The notes beneath the pieces are model-generated. The model did no database searches, had not been told where the DNA came from, and saw only the letters and a list, made by a program, of their open reading frames with translations. From assembly GCA_964019425.1 (NCBI GenBank), contig OZ025784.1, forward strand, positions 1,426,001-1,490,000: DNA of 64,000 nt, written 5' to 3'. Origin of the DNA: Flectonema sp. DT1601. Taxonomy: Eukaryota. The position numbers and the translations under genes were made by a program. Shown here piece by piece: positions 49,842 to 63,158 of the stretch (the stretch's first letter is position 1; each line of letters begins with the position of its first letter).

Positions 49842-52800
49842 ATGAATTTCGGAGGTGCATTCAGCGGACAAGGCGCCTCCAGTTCTTCAGCGGGCGGTGG
49901 GTTTTCTGGATTTAGTGCCGGCAGTTCTGCTGCTGGCGGTGGTGGTTTCGGTGGTTTTAATGCTGCCAGCGGAGCTGGAGCTCCAGCTGGCGGTGGCTTT
50001 GGCAGCTTTGGTGCCTCCAGTTCTTCAGTAGGCGGTGGCTTCGCCGCACCAGGCGCATCTAGTTCAGGAGGCGGCTTTGCTAGTTTCGGCGCCTCCAGTA
50101 GCGCGCCCACAGGCGGTGGCTTTGCCGCACCAGGTGCAGGAACTTCCTCAGCTGGTGGCTTTGGTGCAGTTGGGGGATTTGGAGCTTCCAGCTCGTCGGC
50201 TGGCGGTGGATTTGGAGCTTCCAGTTCAGCGGCAGGCGGATTCGGGGCCTTCGGCGCGAGCAGTGCAGCAGCGGGTGGGGGTTTTGGTGCCAGCAGCTCG
50301 TCAGCTGGAGGAGGATTCGGCGCCGGTGGCGGATTTGGAGCCTCCAGTTCAGGAGGTGGATTTGCAGCATTTGGTGCAAGCAGCTCATCGGCAGGTACCG
50401 GTTTTGGCGCCTCCAGCTCTTCAGCAGGTGCTGGCTTTGGTGCTAGCAGCTCAGCTGGAGGAGGATTCGGTGCCGTTGGCGGCTTTGGTGCAAGCAGCTC
50501 ATCAGCTGGAGGAGGATTTGGTGGCGGCTTTGGTGCAAGCAGCTCGTCAGCTGGAGGAGGATTCGGTGCCGTCGGTGGCTTTGGTGCGAGTTCTTCGGCA
50601 GGTGGACTGGGTGGGTTCGGTGCTTCAAGCTCAGCAGCAGGCGGCTTTGGTGCCCCAGCCGGAGGCATTGGGGGATTCGGAAGCTCAGCCGGTGCGACAG
50701 GCACACCGGGTCTTGACAGCAACAACATAGGTTTGTCTACTTTAGTCTTTATTATAGTTATTTATCATTACGTAGTGACGAGTCTGATTTGATTGTAAAA
50801 CAAACAACTCAACCACAGCTCCTATTGAACTCCCAGCTTCATGGGCAACAAAGACTTTGAAAGAAATTATCGACGAAAGTGAACGTTGCTTAGAAGAGGA
50901 TAAATCTAATTTCCTCGCCTGTGCTGACAGCGTGATCAGACTTGATTTGGCATTGCATGATGTGGGTGACAATGTATGTGTTTTATATTTTTATTATTAA
51001 TTAAACAGTTCCCCACGATCTATAAATATATTATAGTAAGGAGATCGTTTTGATGATATTTAGAATCTCTCCTTTTATTTATGGAGATGGTTACCACCAG
51101 ACCCCCGGAAGACTACGATCAAATTGAAAACAATCACCCCGCTGGGACCAAGGAACACTCACTCTTAGTGTATCCTATTTAGGAACTGTGGGGAAGAGTC
51201 TACGAACGAGCGAATAGTTATTTTGTCAATACCGGAATTAACTCCACGGTTGCTCCCCTCTTGTTTATGGAGATGGTTACCACCAGACCCCCGGAAGACT
51301 ACGATCAGATTGAAAACAATCACCCCGCTGGGACCAAGGAACACTCACTCTTAGTGTATCCTATTTAGGAACTGTGGGGAAGAGTCTACGAACGAGCAAA
51401 TAGTTATTTTGTCAATACCGGAATTAACTCCACGGTTGCTCTCCTTTTGTTTATGGAGATGGTTACCACCAGACCCCCGGAAGACTACTATCAGATTGAG
51501 AACAATCACCCCGCTGGGACCAAGGAACACTCACTCTTAGTGTATCCTATTTAGGAACTGTGGGGAAGAGTCTACGAACGAGCGAATAGTTATTTTGTCA
51601 ATACCGGAATTAACTCCACGGTTGCTCCCCTCTTGTTTATGGAGATGGTTACCACCAGACCCCCGGAAGACTACTATCAGATTGAGAACAATCACCCCGC
51701 TGGGACCAAGGAACACTCACTCTTAGTGTATCCTATTTAGGAACTGTGGGGAAGAGTCTACGAACGAGCGAATAGTTATTTTGTCAATACCGGAATTAAC
51801 TCCACGGTTGCTCTCCTCTTGTTTATGGAGATGGTTACCACCAGACCCCCGGAAGACTACTATCAGATTGAGAACAATCACCCCGCTGGGACCAAGGAAC
51901 ACTCACTCTTAGTGTATCCTATTTAGGAACTGTGGGGAAGAGTCTACGAACGAGCAAATAGTTATTTTGTCAATACCGGAATTAACTCCACGGTTGCTCT
52001 CCTCTTGTTTATGGAGATGGTTACCACCAGACCCCCGGAAGACTACTATCAGATTGAGAACAATCACCCCGCTGGGACCAAGGAACACTCACTCTTAGTG
52101 TATCCTATTTAGGAACTGTGGGGAAGAGTCTACGAACGAGCGAATAGTTATTTTGTCAATACCGGAATTAACTCCACGGTTGCTCTCCTCTTGTTTATGG
52201 AGATGGTTACCACCAGACCCCCGGAAGACTACTATCAGATTGAGAACAATCACCCCGCTGGGACCAAGGAACACTCACTCTTAGTGTATCCTATTTAGGA
52301 ACTGTGGGGAAGAGTCTACGAACGAGCGAATAGTTATTTTGTCAATACCGGAATTAACTCCACGGTTGCTCCCCTCTTGTTTATGGAGATGGTTACCACC
52401 AGACCCCCGGAAGACTACGATCAGATTGAAAACAATCACCCCGCTGGGACCAAGGAACACTCACTCTTAGTGTATCCTATTTAGGAACTGTGGGGAAGAG
52501 TCTACGAACGAGCGAATAGTTATTTTGTCAATACCGGAATTAACTCCACGGTTGCTCTCCTCTTGTTTATGGAGATGGTTACCACCAGACCCCCGGAAGA
52601 CTACGATCAAATTGATAAAAGTTATTGAAAACTTGAAAACAACACTCACATACAAACTAATAACAACAAAACAGATGCTACGACTAAGATCCCAAGTGGA
52701 TGACTGTAAGAAGAATAAGACAAGTTTGGAGCACACAATATTCTCGTTGGAAAACGATCTGGATGTATGTACTGGTTACTTCTTATGTGGATTGATTTGT

Positions 52801-53289
52801 GTGATATGATAAAATAAAAACACTTCAGGCTCTTGAGAAGAAGATGTCTGGTGAGGTTCAACCGATGGTTGACCAACTGGCAAAAACATCAACCGATCAA
52901 TCAAACGACCGATACGCTGCTGTAGTCGGACAACGAACATTAGGAACTAGAATTGGACACGGATACGACAAGGAGAGACTTACTGCATATGAGAAGGCTC
53001 GTGCGGTAGAAGAAAGACTGCAGAACATTGAAAACAGACTTAGAGATAAGGTTGCTGAATTTAATCACTCTGTGGGAAGTGATCATTCTCCAATAAGGTT
53101 TGTATTCCCCTGTTGACAACACATAAATGATAACAATTAGTTTTAAAACACAACTCCAACAGATCTCTAACTCACGTCCTTGACTATCACGTTGAGTACA
53201 TGAATCAGCTAGAGACACAGATAGAACAAGTAAAGAGGCATACAGCAGAAGCCTCAGAAAGGATTCTTGGTGTTAGACAACACTTATAG
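49842..53289 (+). CDS. NUP62: FG-repeat nucleoporin, Nup62/Nsp1-like; exons 49842-50730, 50819-50973, 52675-52764, 52829-53097, 53163-53289
   Basis: GGFGA repeats, then Nsp1_C-like KTLKEIIDESERCLEEDKSNF...LDLALHD and a coiled coil with ERLTAYEKA. Confidence 0.78.
51081..52613. repeat. 186-bp tandem satellite, 8 full units plus a partial unit, inside Nup62 intron 2
   Basis: ATGGAGATGG recurs at 51081, 51267, 51453, 51639, 51825, 52011, 52197, 52383 and 52569. Confidence 0.97.
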
Positions 53290-53818
53290 ATATTTATAGG
53301 CTTGGTGTGAATCAAAGAAATAGTCCAGCTCATGGACGCAATGAAGGTCTATAGAATATCTGTGTTTCCTTCTTACAGCAGCAGCAGCTTGATACACAGG
53401 GAAGGCTGTTTTATATTACATATTGCTTTGGTGTTTTTGTCATAATCGTCAACACACAATGAATTTTTATGTTACTTTAAAACTTTTTTGGTTGGCCTTT
53501 CCTGCACCTCAAAAAAGAATCAATTTATCCTCAATTCAGTTGGTGATAACCAACTCTCAAAGGAAGCTATTACTGTGACTGTTAGTTTATGTTGTGCCCT
53601 TCGTAGATCACATACTGCTCATTCTGATGGTGTCAGTGTCTTCGCTGTTCGTAATTTAAAAAAAAACCCTTAAGTCATCAGCTTCAGTACTTCATTTTCT
53701 CATTCAGTTTAACTAATGTTCATTATTTACATACTTTCGGTATATTCCTCGGGAATAGTATTGATCATGTTAGCGTATTGAGTCACATGTACGTTTTTCC
53801 AGTAGCAAATAACATAAG

Positions 53819-54938
53819 ATGTCGGGGGGTCAAATTGATGTCGATGCCATCATCACAAAGTTGTTGGCGGTGAAGGGATCGAAGACCAACAAGCCGGTGC
53901 TGCTGAGTGAGGGAGAAGTGCGTGCGCTCGTTCTCCGTTCTCGTGAGATCTTCATGAGCCAAAGTCCTCTCTTAGAACTCGAAGCCCCACTCAAGGTTTG
54001 TGGTGACGTACACGGTCAGTACTACGACCTTCTCCGTCTATTCGACCACGGAGGATTCCCTCCTGAAGCGAATTACATATTCCTCGGAGACTACGTCGAC
54101 AGAGGAAAGAACTCTCTGGAGACTGCCTGCCTGTTGTTGGCGTACAAGATTAAGTTCCCTGAGAACTTCTTCTTATTGCGTGGAAACCACGAATGTGCGT
54201 CGATCAACCGAATTTACGGATTCTACGATGACTGTAAGAGAAGGTATAACATTAAGCTTTGGAAGGCTTTCACTGATACCTTCAACTGCTTCCCTGTCGC
54301 GGCAGTTATCGATGAGAAGATCTTCTGTATGCACGGTGGACTGTCTCCTGAATTGGATCAGATGGACCAAATTAGAAACATCAGACGTCCAGTTGACGTT
54401 CCTGACCAGGGATTGATCTGTGATTTGTTGTGGGGTGATCCAGAGGAAGGTATTATGGGGTATGTGAATTTTCCTTTCACTTGAGCAAGCGAACAAAAGC
54501 GAGCACCGAGAACGCCTTTTGTTTCCCCTCTCTATTTGGATTGAACCAAACCAAACCAAACCAAAACAAAATAAACAAACAGTTGGGGAGAGAATGACCG
54601 AGGTGTGTCGTTCACCTTCGGTGCGGATGTTGTGGAGAAGTTTCTCCGCCGTCACGACTTCGACCTGATCTGCAGAGCTCATCAGGTTGTAGAAGACGGT
54701 TACCAGTTCTTCGCTCAGAGACAACTCATTACCCTCTTCTCTGCTCCAAACTACTGTGGCGAGTTTGACAACTCTGCGGCCATCATGAGCATCGATCAGA
54801 CTTTGATGTGTTCATTCCAAATCTTGAAAGCTCAGGTGTGTTATCTTATCAACTGATTGGTAGAATTAAAAATATCTTTTCTTAACTCTCTTTTATATAA
54901 ATATAACACAGGTCAAGAAGCCACGTCTCTACACATAA
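53819..54938 (+). CDS. PP1: Ser/Thr protein phosphatase 1 catalytic subunit, copy 1; exons 53819-54459, 54583-54835, 54912-54938
   Basis: [26 protein letters not shown] and [11 protein letters not shown] motifs. Confidence 0.96.
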
Positions 54939-57142
54939 AAGGAGAAGGTGATTTGTGGAGCGGGTGTTTTGGGGAGCTACGAAACAGAAAAAAAATAAAA
55001 CTAATGAATCACTTAGGGGAGAATAAAAATGAAAGAAAAGAAAGAAGGCAAATGAAATCTTAATGAGGAATATTCCATTGAAAAGCCGTCGCCCAATCAC
55101 CACCTCTCTGTAAGAAGGGACACAGTGACCCACTGTTTTTATTCTTTTTTTTTTTTTTTTTTTTAGAGAAGGGGGAAAAAAAAAAAAAAAAAAAATTTAA
55201 AAATTAAAAACACGCCTTATTTTTTTTGCTACTGCTTTGTTTATTGTTCGCAAGGTAACGCAAATTGCGAATCTCCTTTTTTTCGCAAAAAAAAAAAAAA
55301 AACTATATTCTCTTGCAGTTTTTTTTTTTTTTTTTCCTTTCTACCGACATCCTTGAAGAAGGTGTCATAAAAAAAAGTGCATTGCAGGCGCTTATCAATG
55401 TTGTTGGAGGAACCAGTTTGAAAAGAGAGAAAATAGAAAGGGTTTAGAAGGCCATCTCCGTACTCAGTGCAATTATTCTATATTTGTCATACCCCCTTAT
55501 CAAAACAGCAGCGTTTAAAAAAAAAAAAAGAAAAGGGGGGGGATAGTCTGCAGATATTTTTCTTTTCCCCCTTTCTCTTTTCAACCGATTAACCCCCCAC
55601 CGCACCTTGACCCCCTGCAAAAGAACAAAAAAAAGAAAAAAAAACGAAAAAACGAAAAAAAAGAAGGGAAAAAAAAAAAGAAGAGGATATTATCTTGCCT
55701 TAAAAAGCATCGTGTCTTCGAGGCACCTGCGACAAGATGTCTGGTGCCTTTGTCTGGCACTACCATATCGCCCAAAAACTGCTTAAGAGCAGCTCTGTGT
55801 AGAATCATAAAAAAAAGTGTCCCCTTCCCCCCCCCTCGCAGCTTTTTTTATTTTTTTTTTTGTTTACTCCCCTACCCGCCGCACCGTTCCCAGGAATACC
55901 TAATGCAGGTCTCCCCAGTCCCTCTTGTAAATTTTCACGGAAAACATAAAGCATGCGCGCGACTTCTCCTGACAAGTGCCATTTTTGCAAAAAGTGTTTA
56001 GTTGTGCACAACTGCTTTCTTTTTTTACCCTTCCCAGAAAAAGTAAACGATGGAGCGAACACTAAGGTTACTTTGACTGGGAAAATATTATGGGGAAAAA
56101 AACCCCTGGTGGAAAATCAGGCATTCTCTGCCTGTGTCCGATAAAAGAAAAAGAAAAAAAAGTAGTCATCGTTTATGGGACATTTTACATTTTTTTTTTT
56201 TTTTTTTTTTTTAAACGTGGCGCGAGAAGGAGAGGAAAAAAAAAAAAAGAAGAGAGCGCAACTTTTCATGGGAAAGCGTTACATTATTCTAAGTTAGCAT
56301 ACAAAATAAGTGAAGAGAAACGCGGCTCTGTCGCTTTGGAATCTTCACACCGCAAAGATTTATATCCACTCCGGCATTGTTAAGGTACGGACATTGGTCC
56401 AGTCCCTTTCTTATTCTCTTGCTTCGACAGAATAACAGTGCGCTACTAAAGTTCTTGGAAGGAAATTAATTTATTTTTGTACAAAAAGCGAGGAAACCAC
56501 GCAGAGGTATATGTATTTTTCATGTTTTTTTTCCCCACTCATATCCTTTTTTTTTTAAAATTTTTTTCTTTATTTGTTTTTTCTTCTTTTAAAAAAAAAA
56601 AAAAAAAAACGAACAACCCCCGCCACCTGCGAGAGAGAAAAGAAAACGCAAAAGAAGAAAGACCTCAGTAGCCAAATCTCAGTCAAGATGTTTTCCTTTT
56701 GCCCTAGCCTCGATCCACCCGTTATTTGCAGGGGCCCGATTCTTAAGAGTGAGGTAGCAGAAGCATAATGTTACATCGACGTGAAACACATATACGAATT
56801 TTGACAACCATCCCCTTCTTTTTCTTTTCTTAGCAGCGTTTAAAGAAAATATACAAATATAGATGTCAGTAGAAGAGGACTCCCCGATTTATTCATTCAT
56901 TTTGGTGATAAATTGATGAATTGAGACAAACGCGATTAGCTTCTTTTTTTTGCATCTAATTTGTATATTTGCAATGTAAAGTAGGAAAATTAATTTAATT
57001 TAACATAACAATCCTTATTTTCCTAACTATAAAAAAGATGTCGTGCCAGAATGGAAATAAGAGGGGGGGTTGGGAAGGGAATATGACGATACTGAAAAAA
57101 TTGATCGAAATACCCTTATTCGTCAACGGTTTGCTGAAGAAG

Positions 57143-57173
<31 letters not shown>

Positions 57174-57687
57174 CTAAGGGGGGGAAAAAATCCTTTGAGA
57201 GGAAACTTAGAAAGATGATGAAAAAAAAAAAAAAAAAAGAAAAAAAAATAGTTAAAAAGTTCTCTTCCAAACAACTTTTTTTCCTCCAAAAAAAAAGTGT
57301 CTGTAGTCGATGGTGTCCTGTTATTGCTCAGTATGTGATAAAACCCCTTTTGAGAACTGCTTGTCAAGGAATAAACATTTGCCACAGAAAATAATAATCT
57401 TTAATGTCTATCTCCTCGGTATCAACTTTTGTTTTTATTTTTTTTATTGGCCCTGATTAATACTCTCAATTTCCCCACTAATTTTTTTGAAATAATTTTT
57501 CACTGCTTTATCCCCAAGTCCAGTACTTTGTGTATTTATTGATTTGTAGTAAAAACAGTTACTCAATGGCTTCAAAACTGTTTTTCCTTTTCAACAGGAA
57601 AGAACTTCCCAGAGAGAGGATACGTTTTGGTGAACTGAGGTACAGATCTGTGTATTGCATTCGTTGTCCAGGTGTAAATAACATAAG

Positions 57688-58812
57688 ATGTCGGGGGGTC
57701 AAATTGATGTCGATGCCATCATCACAAAGTTGTTGGCGGTGAAGGGATCGAAGACCAACAAGCCGGTGCTGCTGAGTGAGGGAGAAGTGCGTGCGCTCGT
57801 TCTCCGTTCTCGTGAGATCTTCATGAGCCAAAGTCCTCTCTTAGAACTCGAAGCCCCACTCAAGGTTTGTGGTGACGTACACGGTCAGTACTACGACCTT
57901 CTCCGTCTATTCGACCACGGAGGATTCCCTCCTGAAGCGAATTACATATTCCTCGGAGACTACGTCGACAGAGGAAAGAACTCTCTGGAGACTGCCTGCC
58001 TGTTGTTGGCGTACAAGATTAAGTTCCCTGAGAACTTCTTCTTATTGCGTGGAAACCACGAATGTGCGTCGATCAACCGAATTTACGGATTCTACGATGA
58101 CTGTAAGAGAAGGTATAACATTAAGCTTTGGAAGGCTTTCACTGATACCTTCAACTGCTTCCCTGTCGCGGCAGTTATCGATGAGAAGATCTTCTGTATG
58201 CACGGTGGACTGTCTCCTGAATTGGATCAGATGGACCAAATTAGAAACATCAGACGTCCAGTTGACGTTCCTGACCAGGGATTGATCTGTGATTTGTTGT
58301 GGGGTGATCCAGAGGAAGGTATTATGGGGTATGTGAATTTTCCTTTCACTTGAGCAAGCGAACAAAAGCGAGCACCGAGAACGCCTTTTGTTTCCCCTCT
58401 CTATTTAGATTGAACCAAACCAAACCAAACCAAACCAAAACAAAATAAACAAACAGTTGGGGAGAGAATGACCGAGGTGTGTCGTTCACCTTCGGTGCGG
58501 ATGTTGTGGAGAAGTTTCTCCGCCGTCACGACTTCGACCTGATCTGCAGAGCTCATCAGGTTGTAGAAGACGGTTACCAGTTCTTCGCTCAGAGACAACT
58601 CATTACCCTCTTCTCTGCTCCAAACTACTGTGGCGAGTTTGACAACTCTGCGGCCATCATGAGCATCGATCAGACTTTGATGTGTTCATTCCAAATCTTG
58701 AAAGCTCAGGTGTGTTATCTTATCAACTGATTGGTAGAATTAAAAATATCTTTTCTTAACTCTCTTTTATATAAATATAACACAGGTCAAGAAGCCACGT
58801 CTCTACACATAA
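57688..58812 (+). CDS. PP1: PP1 catalytic subunit, copy 2; exons 57688-58328, 58457-58709, 58786-58812
   Basis: Protein identical to copy 1 in the ORF track. Confidence 0.95.
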
Positions 58813-59205
58813 GTCACTGAAATCTTTGTTCTGGGATTTCTGTTTGGATAGCCCTCTCCCCAGTTCCCTGCTTGTTCTCCCGATGCCATTTTTTTATTTT
58901 ATTATGTCGGTAAGCTCATCGCTCAGGTCTTCTTTTTTTTTCTCTTTTAATTTTTCTTTTTTTTTATTGTCATGTCAGGGTTTTTAATGAGGAAAATTTA
59001 ATGAACTTGCAGCTTGCAATAATTCTGATAGAGAGTGACAGTTGTTTGAAGTTGTTGTAAACTTTTTCTGTTCAAAAAAAAACGTTTTTTTTACTTCTTC
59101 GGGGTGTTGCTTCTCACCTTTTCCCCATTCCCAATTCTTCTTGTCCGTCCCTGTCTAGTAATCAAGCTGCATGTGAGTACAATGCATCTCTGGTCTGTCG
59201 TCGTG

Positions 59206-59324
59206 GAACCATCTAGTAGCTGGTTCACTCCGAAGTTTCCCTCAGGATAGCTGGAACCATAAAAGGAGTTACGCCAGGTAAAGCGAATGATTGGAGGCAT
59301 TGGGGATATCGTTTCCTCGATCTA
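59206..59324 (+). pseudogene. Short isolated LSU rRNA fragment
   Basis: GAACCATCTAGTAGCTGGTTCACTCCGAAGTTTCCCTCAGGATAGCTGG...GGTAAAGCGAATGATTGGAGG is conserved eukaryotic LSU sequence; the flanks are not rRNA. Confidence 0.9.
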
Positions 59325-59483
59325 GGGTTCGTTTCATACGGTTTACGTTCTAAGCAAAGCAGCGCATAATGCATGAAGCTAATGGGTCACTCTAGTGTGG
59401 AGCAAAATTAGGTTTTTACTTTAATTCTTCCCATACACTGTCACTTGACGAGGGTTACTGCCTTCTTGTATTGGGGCACTGCT

Positions 59484-59514
<31 letters not shown>

Positions 59515-61058
59515 GAGCATTACTGGCGTAGTCCGTTTTTTTTTATTTTTATTTTTGCTTTGTTCCCCTTCCTCATTGTTTATTGTGTCTTTGGGGACTA
59601 TCCATCCCCTTGTGCTTTTTTTTTGCTGACGTGGACTTACGCCGGCTGCAGTGTTGCTATGCTTTCCCGTTTTTTTTTTTTCCCCCTTTTCTTGTGTTCC
59701 AATTTTGATCAACTGCTGAAGCCTACAGAGGTCTTTAGCCATTCTACTTTTACTCCGTTTTTTTTTTTCTTCTCTCTTTTTTTTTTGTTGTTGTAATCTG
59801 CAACGTCAGAGATAAAGGAAAGAACACAAGTTCTCAAAAAAAATAAAATAAAATAATAATAAATAACAACTTTCCAAGTAGTTAAAAGTAATTCCGTTTA
59901 CGATAATCGTTTTCTCTTTTTGGGCGGATTGCCGGTTTTGGTTTAAGCATACTCCTACTTCTCTTACCTCCCTCTTGCGCTAAGTGTCTTATTTTAAATT
60001 GTGGTAATTTGGCAAAGTCTTGTGTTCTTACGTTATTACTGCTTTTGAGCTACTGAATTATGGACGCTACCATTCTACAAACATGATTCACTCACAGGGG
60101 AGAGGGGAGGGGTGAGCTGTAATCTTTCGCCTTCTTATTAGAAGAAATTCGAGTATTCCCCTTATCTTTTCACTTCCCTACCTTCTCCCCATTGCGACAT
60201 TTGTTCTTTCTTAAGTGGTGTGACACTACAATGCCTACTGCTATATGGGGCTTGGGGGTGCGAAAGGTTGCTTTCAAGTGGTTAAACTGGCTACTTGCAC
60301 CTCGAGTGAGAAGAAAAAAAAAGAGAAGGGTGGGTGAAAAAGAACAAAGAGTAACCCAGTCTGTCATGATTACTAAAAAAACATTGTCCCTAGCCCTCAT
60401 AATCAGATCTATGTAAGGCAATTTTGTTTTTCATATATTTCCCCATAATATTCTATTTTGAATCGAGTAGGGGAGAGAAAAGGAAACACATCAATTTTTT
60501 TTTTTTTTTTTTTAAATTCCTTCCGGTTGCCGATGGGTCGCAAGATTTTTCTTCAGACTCACAATAAGATGTAACATGGGACTTCAGGTGTTACACGATC
60601 AACGAATTTAATAAATAAACTTTCCATACTGTATTCGTACTTGCAGGAAAACAGCATTCTAGGAAAACGTTGACTATAGAGAGAATGAATCAAAACCTTA
60701 TGGCAATACAAAAAAAAAAGGGATAATACCAAGCAACCCCCCAAATGTGAATGAATCAAGGAAGAAGAAAAAAAATAAAAAAATATAGAAATCGGGTATA
60801 CGAAAAAAAAAAAAAAAAAAAAAACAGAGAAGGGAAAAAAAAAAAAAAAAAAAAAAGTCACTCAAAACCCCAATTCCCTTCCACCAAATCTTAAAAAAGA
60901 TTAACTTGGTCGTCGATATAAACAAATCTAATTAGGGGGAAGGGGGATATTACTCTACTTCATTACACCAGGTAGCAACTGTAAATTGTCGTTTTTTTTT
61001 TTTTTTTTTTTTTTTTCCCAACGTTTTTATCATTTCCATATCACCAGATCCATCCATC

Positions 61059-62167
61059 ATGGGCACAGAAGATGACATAATTAAGGAAATAACCGCAGCT
61101 CATGAGGTACTAAAAACAGAGTTGAAAGAATCCGACAGAGTAGCCCAACGGTTACGAGAAATTAGGATAAAAAACCAGAGGCTAAAAGATGAAGGAGCGA
61201 GAACTTCAAAGAGAATGGATGTAAACAGAGGGAAAATTATATTAGTAAAGAAAGGCATTGACGTACATCAAAAAGACGTCAACGTTAAACAGAAAAAACG
61301 TGAAGTTATTCTCCCGAACGTTGAAACACTAAGACAGAAGTGTGATATTCCAACAGCGGAAGAACACTCTGAAATGATACGAGGATCGCGTAAAAAAGCC
61401 AAGACAGATACAATCGATTTAAGAGATAAATTACAAGAGAGTTCGAGCAGGATACTAAAAAAACTCTCAATGCACTACTATTCTGAACTCGTAGGTGGAA
61501 TTCGAAACCCCCAAGGAATGGAAACCCTCAGCCGTTTATATGCAAACTTAGAGTCTATCGCGCCTAAGCAATTTGATCGCAGTAAGCGCTCACCTCCTAA
61601 AATGGGATTTCCTAAACCACAAGATGATGATACTAAAGAAGAACAAGAAGGTCCTCCTCGAGGTAATGGAGATAAACAGTCAGCGCGGGAAAAGAAGAAG
61701 TCGTCGCGCAGCGATGGTACAAAAACTGACAAACGCCGTAAGCGTGACATCTCTCGTAGCACCAGCAGGTCACGAAGCACCAGCATTCGCTCCTGCAGCT
61801 ACTCCAGCACCAGATCTTCAGATAGCTACTCTCGTTCTCGTAGTTACTCAAGTCGATCCCGCTCTAGTAGTTACACCCACAGCAGTTCTCGTAGTCTGGT
61901 GTGTTTTTAATTTCTTTATTTTAACTGTTGTGACTCAAAGTTATCAAAAAAAATCTTTTTAGTGCACACTCACGTGACATAAGGATCGCTGTGGTTCCGA
62001 GGGTTTGCTCTCCTGCCATACTTTTCCTCAAAAATAATAAAATGTTAAAACAGACTCCTCAAAAGAAGACGAAGAAGAAGACAACCAAACCAGCCAAACC
62101 GGCGAAGAAGATGCCGAAAGTATTCACTAAGCAGTCTGACAAAAAGCCAAAATACGGAAAACCCTGA
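61059..62167 (+). CDS. Coiled-coil protein with an RS-rich, basic C-terminal region; exons 61059-61898 and 62054-62167
   Basis: ORF contains an SRSRS tract; intron 61899-62053 (GTGTGT...AAAACAG) gives an in-frame Lys-rich tail. Confidence 0.7.
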
Positions 62168-62654
62168 AGGGTGGGCACCGTTGGTTTGATCATCACAATA
62201 GCTGCGTAGTTGAACAATCGACGAGACAATAAGAATATGATTGTGTCTGCACTAAATTAGTAGGAAATGGCGCAGAACTACAGCAGTATTTTTATATGCA
62301 TGTCCGAGATCAGGGCTCTGTGCCTCACGATCTACAATAGTACCGTCATTCCTGTTACGTAAAGAATAATTCTTTTGCTTTCGTTCTTGCTGAAAGTGAG
62401 AACTAAAGCGACGAGGTAGACCTGATTACCAACACTTAAGAAAGATTTAATAATTGAAAGAAGGAAGAAAACAAACAAACAAAAAAAAAAAAAAAAAAAA
62501 AAACAGTGTGGGTGACGTGTAGTAGTCACGCAGTGTGTATTTTTGCGGGCGCTTCGTCGTCTCGGTCACATCTTAGAACAGATTGACAGTTACAGAATAT
62601 TAGAAATTGTTTTTTTCCTCCAACCCAAAACAGGCTACTTTACAAAACAATAAA

Positions 62655-63158
62655 ATGCTTCGCAGGTGTACTGCGCGGCTTTCGACAAGGGCATCTGAGT
62701 CATATTTACATGATGGTGAGTTAGCCTTTGATCATCATAAAAAGATTATGAGATCGAAAGAAGGAATGCCTAGAACTGGTGTTGGATACACACCCCCAAC
62801 ATGGGCCATGGCTCATCCGGCATCGTTTAGAGAAATGAAGAACGTTTCCGACAACACACCAATTGAAGGTGAGCTTCACGCAGAAGGAGCGTACCCAAAT
62901 ATAGCAGTAATTGCTCTTGCTTTTTTCTTTTTTTGTTTCTATTTATTCCTTGGGATGTATGACGGTAAGAGAATCTACTACCTAACACCAGATCCTGATC
63001 GCACAAGTAAATATATTAAGTTTGCGCCACATCCAGTACGCTACGGCAATGAACCCCTTGTTAACGAGGAGAACCGTGGAGGCATGTGCATCATTCGACC
63101 AGGCCCTGACTTAACCAAGATAAAATCTCACCCTTTCACTGCAAATATGGGTCATTAG
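62655..63158 (+). CDS. Probable mitochondrial single-TM protein (possibly a respiratory-complex accessory subunit)
   Basis: MLRR-type N-terminal targeting signal and one TM helix IAVIALAFFFFCFYLFLG. Confidence 0.65.
   Translation: MLRRCTARLSTRASESYLHDGELAFDHHKKIMRSKEGMPRTGVGYTPPTWAMAHPASFREMKNVSDNTPIEGELHAEGAYPNIAVIALAFFFFCFYLFLGMYDGKRIYYLTPDPDRTSKYIKFAPHPVRYGNEPLVNEENRGGMCIIRPGPDLTKIKSHPFTANMGH

Noticed and set aside
49835..50728. 297-aa Pro/Ala-rich minus-strand ORF
   Set aside because: Antisense shadow of the GC-rich FG-repeat exon.
51081..52613. CRISPR array, SL RNA array or 5S array
   Set aside because: Units repeat end to end with no unique spacers, and no SL (TTTCTGTACT) or 5S motifs were seen.
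55100..57600. Many short Lys/Phe-rich ORFs
   Set aside because: They arise from poly-A and poly-T tracts in intergenic DNA.
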